This document shows, one piece after another, positions 9,892-21,200 of a stretch of 64,000 bases of DNA; positions within the stretch are counted from its first letter, which is position 1, and each line of letters starts with the position of its first letter. The notes below the pieces were generated by a model. That model was not told the origin of the DNA. It was given only the letters and a program-made list of their open reading frames with translations, and made no database searches. The translations under genes and the position numbers were made by a program. This stretch comes from an uncultured virus (IMG/VR IMGVR_UViG_3300025621_000004) (taxonomy: Duplodnaviria; Heunggongvirae; Uroviricota; Caudoviricetes), in IMG/VR virus record IMGVR_UViG_3300025621_000004; one strand, 5' to 3'.

Positions 9892-9899
9892 TATAAATA
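9892..9899 (+). promoter_or_regulatory. Late promoter (gp25)
   Basis: TATAAATA, 6 nt before ATG. Confidence 0.85.
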
Positions 9900-9905
9900 G
9901 ATTAT

Positions 9906-10346
9906 ATGTCAACCTTTCAGATAAACACATCAGCTAAGAATCAGGCAAGTACAATCTCTCAAAGAGCGTATTACACAGATTTTCCGATGCGAAGTATGAA
10001 GGTGCATCAAGATAAGAAAGATATTCAATCGGTAAAGGATCTAGACGCGGTGAAACAGGCTGTGAAAAACCTAGTTCTTACTAATTTTGGCGAAAGACCT
10101 TTTCATCCAGAGATCGGATCGAACGTCACTGCATTATTATTTGAACCTGCTGACAACTTTACCTCGATGGCAATTAAAGAACAAATACTACAGGTGTTAG
10201 TACAGTTCGAACCGCGGACATCAAACCATACAGTAGAGGTCACTGATAATTCCGATAGAAACGCATATGAGATAACTATTGGATTTAATGTTATTTTCTC
10301 GCGGCAAAGAGAAGAGATTAATTTTTACCTACAACGACTACGATAA
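9906..10346 (+). CDS. gp25: Baseplate wedge subunit
   Basis: AVKQAVKNLVLTNFGERPFHPEIGS..LLFEP, FEPR, ends LQRLR. Confidence 0.92.
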   Translation: MSTFQINTSAKNQASTISQRAYYTDFPMRSMKVHQDKKDIQSVKDLDAVKQAVKNLVLTNFGERPFHPEIGSNVTALLFEPADNFTSMAIKEQILQVLVQFEPRTSNHTVEVTDNSDRNAYEITIGFNVIFSRQREEINFYLQRLR

Positions 10347-12206
10347 ATGAGACAACTTAATGTTACAGAATTAGATTTCGATCAAATTAAGAATAATCTA
10401 AAAGATTATTTTCGTAATAAACCCGGCAACGAATACGAAGATTGGGATTTTGAAGGTTCAGGCCTTAATCAATTAATTGACATCTTAGCGTATAACACAC
10501 ACTACAACGCGATTGTTGCTCATAATGCAATGAATGAATCCTTTATTGATTCAGCGCAGATCAGATCAAATGTAGTATCGCGAGCAAAACTCTTAGGCTA
10601 TACTCCACGAAGTCAGACATCTTCAATGGCAAGGGTAAGACTTGTATTTCCGAGTAGTGTTAATTCAAATCTTTCTACGTTTACTTTATATAGAGGTAAT
10701 TCTTTTACAACCAATGCAGACGGTGAAACATTTACATATATCACTCGCGATGATTATACTGCAGTGCTAGATGACATTAACTTTCAGTATGTCTTTGAAG
10801 ATGTAGTTATATACGAAGGTGAAATGATTGAAAATACTTTTATTGTAGAATCTGGCAGTAACGATCAGAAATTTATTATAGAAGATAACACTATTGACTT
10901 AGAGCATGCAACAGTAAATGTATATGAGAACGCATTTTCAAATGCGTTTGAGACATATTCCGAATTTAAGAGTTTATCTGGTGTTGCGCCAGATTCTCCA
11001 GTATATTTTATTAATGAGAATTTCAATGGGAATTATGAAATAAAATTTGGAGATAATATTTTTGGTAAAAAGCCAGAGCCGTTGAGCGTAATTCGAATTG
11101 CATATTTGAGTACTACAGGAGCTGCTTCAAACGGAGCAAACGTTTTTAGATTCGCGAGTCCTGGTGCGGTTGGACCAGAAACAATCACTACGCTCTCTCC
11201 ATCAACAAATGGTAGTGCGAAAGAAGATATTGAAAGTATTCGACATAACGCACCTCTCTCGTTTGTTGCACAAAATCGTGCAGTTACCGCAACTGATTAT
11301 AAGACTCTTATAACGCAGATGGTAAATAATGTTGAGACGATATCTGTTTGGGGAGGAGAAGATAATGTACCTCCTCAATATGGTAGAGTTTTTATATCGA
11401 TCAAGCCGTATAATGCAGAGACTCTTACCGAATTAGACAAAACGTTTTTATTGCGAGACCTGATGGAGAAAAGAATCATTGGTATTGAACCCGTTATCGT
11501 TGATCCTGAATACACATACCTATACTTAGATGTGCTTCTCAAGTATGATACAAATAGAACATCGTTCTCATCTGGTCAATTACAATCCAAAGTAGAGAAT
11601 CTATTAGTCGATTTTAATGCTAAAAACCTTCAGAAGTTCGATGGAGTATTTAGATACTCTCATCTCTTATCTGAAATCGACAATCTCGATGTATCGATAA
11701 TTAATTCATTCGCACGAGTATATCTTTATAGGAAAGCTAAATTCTCTTACGGCGCTTTAGTCCCTACACCAGTTGATTTTAAATTACAGCTCTATGGAAA
11801 TAAAACTGATTCAGAAACTAAGATTGAGTCTGACAGTTGGGTATACAACGGCGTAACTCTTCGACTTGAGGACACATATTTAAATACTTCAGACGATCGT
11901 AGAGTAATACGAGCATTTACTATCGGTGAAAACGGTGTGAAGAAAATAGTTTCAAAGGATGTCGGAACAGTAGATCTTGAGACTGGACTTATTTCAATCT
12001 ATAATCTTCCAATTAATCGGGATGAAACTATAAATATATATGTAACACCAGCATCGAATGATATCGTATCAAAGAGAAATAATCTATTATCAATTGATAT
12101 CGGAAAAACCGTTATCACTCCTGAGGTCGACACAATCGTTGTTTCAGGTTCATCAGGTGTTGAAGACTATACACCATTCTTAAGACATAGAAATACAAAT
12201 TCATAA
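10347..12206 (+). CDS. gp6: Baseplate wedge subunit
   Basis: ELDFDQIKNNLK, DFEGSGL, LAYNTHY, AKLLGYTPRS, FGDNIFGK, QNRAVTATDY, WGGED.VPPQYG. Confidence 0.95.
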   Translation: MRQLNVTELDFDQIKNNLKDYFRNKPGNEYEDWDFEGSGLNQLIDILAYNTHYNAIVAHNAMNESFIDSAQIRSNVVSRAKLLGYTPRSQTSSMARVRLVFPSSVNSNLSTFTLYRGNSFTTNADGETFTYITRDDYTAVLDDINFQYVFEDVVIYEGEMIENTFIVESGSNDQKFIIEDNTIDLEHATVNVYENAFSNAFETYSEFKSLSGVAPDSPVYFINENFNGNYEIKFGDNIFGKKPEPLSVIRIAYLSTTGAASNGANVFRFASPGAVGPETITTLSPSTNGSAKEDIESIRHNAPLSFVAQNRAVTATDYKTLITQMVNNVETISVWGGEDNVPPQYGRVFISIKPYNAETLTELDKTFLLRDLMEKRIIGIEPVIVDPEYTYLYLDVLLKYDTNRTSFSSGQLQSKVENLLVDFNAKNLQKFDGVFRYSHLLSEIDNLDVSIINSFARVYLYRKAKFSYGALVPTPVDFKLQLYGNKTDSETKIESDSWVYNGVTLRLEDTYLNTSDDRRVIRAFTIGENGVKKIVSKDVGTVDLETGLISIYNLPINRDETINIYVTPASNDIVSKRNNLLSIDIGKTVITPEVDTIVVSGSSGVEDYTPFLRHRNTNS

Positions 12207-15200
12207 ATGGCTCATTTATCAATAGCAGCGGCTTCCTCAGGGAATTCAAATTCGCATAATACTGAGTCTCTCCGAGTTGAGGAATTAATTCCAGAACAAC
12301 TCAGGGCTAGCTCTGAAAATTTCGTAAAGTTAATTACGGATTATTATGAGCACCTGAATACAATCGATTTTCCTACGTATGAGACAAATCGAATTACTGC
12401 AGAGCATGACATTGATCAGGTTTCGGGTAAGTACTTAGATGGAATTCAAGGAGAAATTGCAAAGAATATTCCTAACTCAGCGGTAATGAATCGTGTTGAG
12501 CTGTACAAGAAAATTGTTAAGTTCTATACGTTAAAAGGTTCGCACGAAAGTGTAAGTACGTTTTTCAGACTATTCTTCGATGAGATCATACAAGTAATAT
12601 ATCCTAAAGAATATCTCTTTAAATTATCTGATGGCGATTGGAGACAAAACACTGATAAGTATATTAAAAAGGTTACAGGATCATTGTCATCTGGCTATAA
12701 AATCGATCAGCTAAACTATACGCCGTTTATTTTAAAAAATAATTTACCTGATCCAGCTATAACTTTTACTGACCTTACTGAAGAAAACAGCAATGATGCA
12801 ACTCTTCCGGAAGAAGTAATAAGTAATATCATTGCAACTGGTAAAATTATTGAGGCTAAACCTATAGATCTTTATAATCGAGCACCAAATATTAACGGTC
12901 TAAGCGTAGATCTATATATTGAAAACGACTTTAATTCAGTTAATGGCACATGGGATTCTACCGTTTTAGATAGAACATGGAGGGGTTATTTAAAAACTGG
13001 AGCAGAATATCTTCGGGCTGAAAGTGCTATTAGATTTAATGGCCAGCGTGCACACTTAGATTTTGGTGCTATTACTGATCGTGAACTTGATTTAACACCA
13101 GATGAACACACAATTGTTGTTAGGGCTAAAAGAAATAGAAGTGCGGTTGAAAAAGAAAGTTTTCAACCATTGTTTAATCTATCTAATTCATTTTCGAAGT
13201 TGGCAAGTCATGAACTATTATTTGATAGTAAGACAGGACAAATCGGTAGATCGTGGATTAACACTGAACCTAACATCGCATTAAATATCGATGGAGAAAG
13301 CTTAGAGTTAATTAACTTTCTTGATGATAATACATCAAAACTAGAAGAATTGACCGGTGATGCTTATACAGAAATAAATAAGTTTATGACCGTGGAAGAT
13401 CGGTTTGGTAATTCAAAAAGCATTACAGCATTAAATGGAGTATGGAATAAAACTGCAGCTATCTTTAATGGAGAGCCAGTGTACGTTCCAACTACAAGTC
13501 TCGCTAATAATATTTCTGGATCTGAGCTCGATCAAGTACCCACAACTGGAACAGCATGGCCGGACTTTAGGTTTGCTGATGGACTAATCCAATCTCCAGT
13601 TGATGCATCGACAAAAATACAGAGTGTTAGTTACTCTACAGATGGGAGTGTTGTTGCTCTCTCCTATAATAAGAAAACATTAATTTTTGAATTAAGTGGT
13701 TCTACTTGGACACAAATCGGAGCTGATATTATTACCGAATATAATTCTAACAACGAGATAATTACTGGTAAGACATCGACATGTCTAAATTCTGATGGAA
13801 CTATAGTTGCTATTGGTAATGCATTAAACGACGACGCCGCCACAAACGCTGGTCATGTTAGAGTTTACCAGAATGTTTCTGGCACCTGGACACAGATTGG
13901 AGTTGATATTGACGGTGACCCCTCGCAGAGTAATTCTTATTTTGGATATAGTGTTAGTTTAAACGCTGATGGATCGATCGTTGCTATTGGCGCTTATGAC
14001 AATGATGGCGGAGGTGCCACCTCCACTAATCGTGGTCATGTGAGAGTTTATAAAAATATTTCTGGTACTTGGACACAAATCGGAGTTGATATTGACGGTA
14101 CTAGCATAAATGAGTATACTGGTTGGAGAGTAAGCTTAAGTGCAGATGGATCAATCGTTGCTCTCGTAGGTATTGGCCAAGGCGATATAAATTCTCCAGA
14201 TTCTGCTTTTGCAAGAGTTTACAAAAACGTTTCTGGTACTTGGACACAGCTCGGCTCTGATATTCATTGCTTAGATCAAACTTCCGCTTGGGCAGCTGAG
14301 ATTAGTTTAAGCGCGGATGGTAATACCTTTGTTCTTGGAAATAGAGAACCAGGCGGTGAGATAAGAATATTTAGATATGGCGGAGGGACATGGCAACAAC
14401 TTGGTAAAAATATTATAGCTCCAGTCGATAGTCAAGTTGTTTCTACAGTACTAAGTGATGATGCATCAAAGTTAGTAATTCAAACTAGTTATGATTATCA
14501 GATGATAATTGGCGACACTCAGCCGCCAGAACCTGCGCAAATTACTGCATACGAATACAATGATTCACCTCGCTCAAGACGGTGGGAAATAGTATCGCAA
14601 TTTACTCAAGATCTAGACGTAACACCTGCTTTCGACGTGAGCGGAGACGGCAGAAATATTATATCTATTCTCGACAAAACACCTGTAATATACACTGATC
14701 AATATGCGAGCGAGAACTTTGCTGACTTTCAAAAAGTATTGTTCTTCGAAGAGAGTCCATTAAATCCCGCGGAAGGCCGTTGGGTAATTAATTTAGATGG
14801 TAGTAGATTGTATCACACTGAATATACCGATATTGCGAATCGATCGCGACCATGGGATTTGACAACTCGATGGTTTAAAAACGTTGAAGGAACTGAAGGC
14901 AATCTTGAGTTTACTATTTCAACCGAGTCGACTACTAATTTAGCTCATCGATATACAAACAAGACTGTAAAAAAGGAGGGAGATTATCTATTCCGTTTGA
15001 AGAATTATGGTCTTCTTTCAGTTTATATTAAAAGAAATGGTGGCGAATACGATCCACTTCAGAGTATCTCACTCGGCGATACTGCAGAATATGATGGTAG
15101 TCGTATATATGAAATCGCGGACTATGATGTTGAAGGAGATTGTCTAACTATCCTTGACACATGCTTAGCAAAACCTCGAGTTGTTGTATTTAAAAAGACT

Positions 15201-18200
15201 ACTACTGATCGGTATATATTTGATCACACGTTCAATCTGCAATTATTAAACTTCGGTTCTATTGAACTTCGAGGATCTCGTATCATTGTCGCGACTTTAC
15301 CGATTGGTGATGATCATGATAATCAAGTTATCAATATATATGATACGGATGAAAGTATGGTATGGTCAGAGACTGAGTATACAAACATAGGCCAGAGTGT
15401 TGAAGTGCCGGCACCTGATAATCTTGAAATCGAATATGATTTTAGAAATAACCCAAGTGTTTTACCTGTTGAATATCCAATATCAGAGGATGTCAGTTTC
15501 TCAAACTCTTCTGCGCGGTCTGTCACAGTTCAATTTAAAGCGAGTGAAGACTATAAACTAGGCGGTAAGTTATTCGAAATCGGTTCAGGCCTCGATAAAT
15601 TTACTATTGCTCTTGGTTGGAATCATGATGTTGTATTCTCAACCGACCGATATCCGTGGATTTTCTTAGGCGATAACGTTTATCCAGAGACTAATACTAC
15701 CTTCACTAAACCGAAATCTATAAACTTTGTGCCGGGGAAAGTTCACACATTCACTGCGACTATCACTGGAAACCATAGAGATATTAAAGAAGATTCAACT
15801 GGGGATGTGACGCCTAATCATCTTTTAGAGATGAGTATAACTTTTGATGGTGAGTTACTTGGTACAGGCATATTAGTAAAGTCTAGTCTTAGTCAGTCAC
15901 TTGAGTTAAAACGAACTGCCGATACTGATTATGCTGACAAAAAGGATCAGGTCGCGAATGCGTTTGTCGGTGGCGGAAATATAAGTATCGGAGATGATGA
16001 CTTAAACGCAGAGATATTATATGTATCGGCATATAGTAAATATATTACTAACACGGAGAGTTATGTTTTACACAAATACATAGAATCCAGTACTAATAAT
16101 ACTGGTGTAAATACAAAACTTGATCATGGCAATTTTGCAGTTAACCAGCTTGGAAATATTATTGCGAAGGTTGCTGCAGTTGGAATACATATTTGGGAAA
16201 AGACTAAGAATGGTTGGGAATATAAGTTTAATAGTAATTCTGATATTGATATTGATGCGATAAAAAGAGCTGACACGATTATTCCAAGATTGATAAGCGA
16301 AAATAATATTCCATACTATTCATATGAATTCTTTGGCAATCTATTATTAGTTGCTGACGGTGGTGATTACGACGATTATACTGGAGTAGTCCATGCTGTT
16401 AGCGAACTCGCCGGTGTTTCTAGAATTTCAAGTAATGGGGCATTCACAACAGACACTAATAAAACAGATCCTCAGAGAGTATACTCTCTTGAAACACGAT
16501 ACGAAATTAATCAAAGAATATGGCGTGTTCGTTCAACAATTAGTGCGATTGGAACTACACAGGTCGCGAGTATGGCCACATCAGGAGTGAGTGGCGCTCC
16601 AACATTAGGTGCAGGAGATTATCAGATAGCTATTGCACCGCCGATTTCTCCAGCAGCATTGGGTGCATATGAATCGACCGCACAGGTGTGTCTCGATTTC
16701 CCTGATAGTTGTTTAGAGTTTAGTGTCGATACGGCGGGTGTTATAACAATTACAAAGAATGTCAATCTCTTAACAAAGGATATTACTCCAACAGTGTATG
16801 TAGAATCCATTAATTCAGACCCAGAGGCCGATCCGTTTTATGTAATGGTGAATCTCAATTGGGAAAAGGATGTTGGTCGTTATGCTACTGATATCGCTAC
16901 TGATACACAAAACGGCACTATTGCAATCTCTAAAACTTCAGATACTAATGTAAAATACGACATCTTTGATTATACTTTCGGCGTATGGACAAACACTTCT
17001 ATCTTTGGAGATAATATTGAATATGATGCCCGTTATCCTTTCCATGCTGCAATCGATAAATACGACATTTTTCTTTCAACAACGCGTAATAATAATGTAT
17101 TAGACTTTTATCGATATGATGTATTAAACAATAAAGTATGGGAAAAGCAACAAGAAATTTACAATGACTTTGTTGCTACAACTGTTCAAGGATTAATATT
17201 TCATGATTCTGAAACAGAAGTAATAGAAAAATCTGGCAAATACACCAACATTATTATAAGAGGTACAGCAGATCGATATAATGGAAACATTGAAGTATCT
17301 GTAAACGGAGGAGAGTTTACAGCAATTATTTTAGGAAATACGGCATACGCTTTAAATGTTCCTACAGATTCTAGACTTACGGTTGGTAGATTAGACGCCA
17401 ATACCGGGGAAACAGCGGATGACCACTATTTTAAAGGTGATATTACACACGTTCAATATTATAATAAGAGTGTCACTGATAATCAAAAAGATAATATAAT
17501 TGAATATTTAGAAAAAAGCCCACTAAACTTTTACGAAATAACACTCACTGATTTAGAAGGGGACGTCACCGATGCAGCTAAGTTAACAAATGTGATTGGC
17601 AGAAGAGATGAAAGTTTCGTCTTTGAAAATTTAGAAGGGCACGCTATAAATTCGTTTTGGACATACGATGAAACAAAGACTTTGTCATATGATGAAGACG
17701 AGGCTTTATATACTAATGCCAATGTACAAGCAAAATATGACTCGACTGTTTCACATCTTCAGAATATATATTGGGGAGATGGCAGAAGCTCGTCTATTAT
17801 TTCGAACCAACGTGTTAGTCACACATATACTTCAGAATATTTAGGTGAGTACAAAGATAGAAAAGGAAGAGTATCTTCAGTCAATCGAGTTCATGATGGT
17901 GTATATTGGCAAGAGTATTCTTACGCTATCAAATCTTCTATTCGAATAGAGGATTGGGAAAAACAATATTTAAGTCTAGTTCACCCAGCTGGATTACGAT
18001 TCTTCGCGAGTGTTCTACTTCTAGTTATTCGCGACAATCACTGGCACGGCCCATCAAAAAGAGTGAAGTATGATGACGTGCTAAGAAAGAATCTTAGTCT
18101 AATTAAAGTAGAAGATAATTTCTTATCTCCATTTAGAACTAGACAACCAGTGAATGATCTACGTTGGCTTGAATCGCTCGTTGCTCCAAATGAAACAGGT

Positions 18201-21200
18201 GGTTATCACTTACCATTGTTCCAGCCAGGTTGGTTACAAGGAGATGTTCGAGTCCGAGAGTTTATTTTTGCTGCAGCTGAATGGACAAAAATAGCACGCA
18301 TCGTTCCTGGAAATCAAAGGAATCAGAGTGTTACTACTTACACAAATAGTTACTTCGCTAATAATCCTAAAACTGATTCTGCGATTAGTATAGTCGAATA
18401 CTCAGGCGTTGGGTTAAAGCTCAATGACATAATTTATCAAAATATAGATAATAATATTCTTCGTGGTATCATTGTAAAAATTGATGCTGATGGTAATGGA
18501 GGAATTGCTCGATTAGATGGAATTCAAAAGAAGATTAATAATGTACCTGAATCAGATCGAGCATACAGCGCCAGTGTTTTAGAAGAAACTCCTACATCTC
18601 TTCTCGATGCAAAGGTTGGATTGTCGACGAAGGATGGAGATTATATAGATATCGATTTAAATCCAGAAGGGCTGGATATAAATCCTGATGTATACGGCAT
18701 TATTACACAAGGAGGCATTGTAAGCGGATCTGAATCAACATTTGATCAAATTGGATCTGATATTGACGGCATCTATGGCGGCCTCACAAGGTATGAATTA
18801 AATCGCGATGGTACAGTACTTATAACAGGTGTACGTAATACTGGAGCTACTGGCCTTGTTAGAGTTTGGCAATGGAGAGAGTGGTCAGCGCAAGACGTTC
18901 TTGCTGATTATAATTATAGTGCAACTCGGCCGTTAAGCGGAACATTACCAATTATCGTGACTGGCTCAGCGCAAGACATTCCTGGCCTAGGCGTAGCACC
19001 TGTAGCTGGTACATATTATTGGACTCAACTCGGTTTAGATATCGTTGGTGATCCTATTGGAACAAATGGCGGAAGTTCTAGTCAAGCATGGGTAACTGCA
19101 GGAAGCGGGGTTGCTATATCAGACGACGGAATGACAATCGCAGTTGGAGCATCTGGTGATAGTAATGCTGGTTTGTTATACAATGGTAGTTCTAAAGTAT
19201 ATGACTATGATACTTTGACAAAGAATTGGGTTCAACGTGGAGAAACAATATGGGGAATTCAAAATCACTCTTATAGTGGACCAATGACAGTGAGTGCTGA
19301 CGGCAATCGATTGGTTGTTGGCTTTGGTAATGAGAATGCTAATGGCAAACGCGATGCTGGTGTAATTCGAACATACGACTGGGATACTACAGGAGTACAA
19401 TGGGTAGAATCTGTGGGTCGCTTAACAGGTAGTCACTCTTGGGAATACTTTGGAGACAGTGCAACCTTGAGTGCTGATGGTGATACACTATCTGTTCGAT
19501 CGTGGGGCGATGATGATCGACCAACTAGTGACCAACCTTGGGGCCCGAGAGATGGTTCAGATGGAGTTAACTTTAAAGAGCGAAGAGGTAGTGTATCTGT
19601 CTATAAGTATTATGAACACCCTGAGGGAACTTACACCAATCCGGAAGAGGACGCGCGAGATTATTCTGGATACTATCAGACTAATTCTGACTTTAAACAA
19701 TCGAAACTAGATTCTCCACAAGCTTGGTCACCACCATCTTCGAATCTAGCTTCAAGTCCATATATACAAATCGATCTTGGTGCGATGCGAAATGTATCGG
19801 GGATAGTATCTCAGCCGAGAGCAGATTTGAATCAATGGGTTACAAGGTTTCGTGTAGAAATTTCAGTCGCGACTAATCCACAAGACCCCGAATTCGATGA
19901 CACCTTTATCGACGTAGGTGATGAATTTGATAGTATATCTAACGATATTATATGGTCTCGTGATCGACATAATAAAACAGAAACACTCTTTGATGCGAAT
20001 GTGTTGTGCAAATATATTCGTATATATCCTTTACTATACAAGGGGTTTCCTTCAATGCGAGTTGGACTTATTTTACCAGAAGGCGTTAAAAGTTGGGCTC
20101 AAATCGGTCAAAGGATATATGGAGAATTCGATGGAGATCATCTTTTTGGTGAGATAAGTCGCGATGGTAGTCGATTATATACTGCAGCATTTTCGCGATA
20201 TCAGGATAAAAATACTGATAATATTAATGGTACAAATAGAGTTTACGAGTATAACGGCACTAATTGGATTCAAGTCGGAAACACTTTCAACGGCGGCGAA
20301 GGTGAAAGATTATTGATTTCAAGTATATCTGAAGATGGTAGTCGCATCGCGATTGGTGATAATCTACATGATGAAAGCGGTGCGGATAATATAGGAATAT
20401 GCAAAGTTTATGATTGGGATCTAATAGACGGATGGGTAGAGATAAGTTCCGCAACAGGAGAAAACGCCGGCGATCAATCGTGGAGAGGAGTCTTAAGCGG
20501 AAATGGTTCGAGACTAATGCTTGGCTCTGGTTATAACAATGATGCTGGGGCCCAGAGCCACTCTAAGGCCGGGAGCGTAAAGGTATATGAGCAATTGGCT
20601 ATTACTGGCTTTACAGAATCAGTTGAGTTTAAGACATCTAATAATGGTGTTGATTGGACTGCAGTCGATGGCGGAAATAATTATACGACAGGTAACGATA
20701 ATACAAATACAAAATCGTTTATAGAATTCTCAGATGAAGTGTTAGAGGCAACACCGCTAGTCGACAAACCGCGGTATCTAAGAGTTTACCCAAAGACTGG
20801 CGAAGTAGATGGCAATGCGAATGGTGTTGAGTATGACATCGATTTCGCATGGACATCGACTGGCCCAACGTACAATATCAATACTTTGGCGATTGCTGAA
20901 GGCTTCAGTAACTTACCTAACAATACTTATAAACATAATTTTGATGTTAACGGTGTTAATCAAACCCTGATATTTGAATCGGACGGCGGGGTTTTAACAA
21001 TTACACAAAATATAGAGGTGGATGAGACTTATAAAGACTCAACTACTCCACGGTTTACTATTAATATAGGCATGGTTTTGAGATTAGGTGTACTCACAAA
21101 AAGTGATCTAGTTAAATTCAATAGTGGAGATATTTACGCACTAGATAATAACAATCCGACTGGTCCTCACCAAACAGATGCATCAATTAGGACATTTCCA

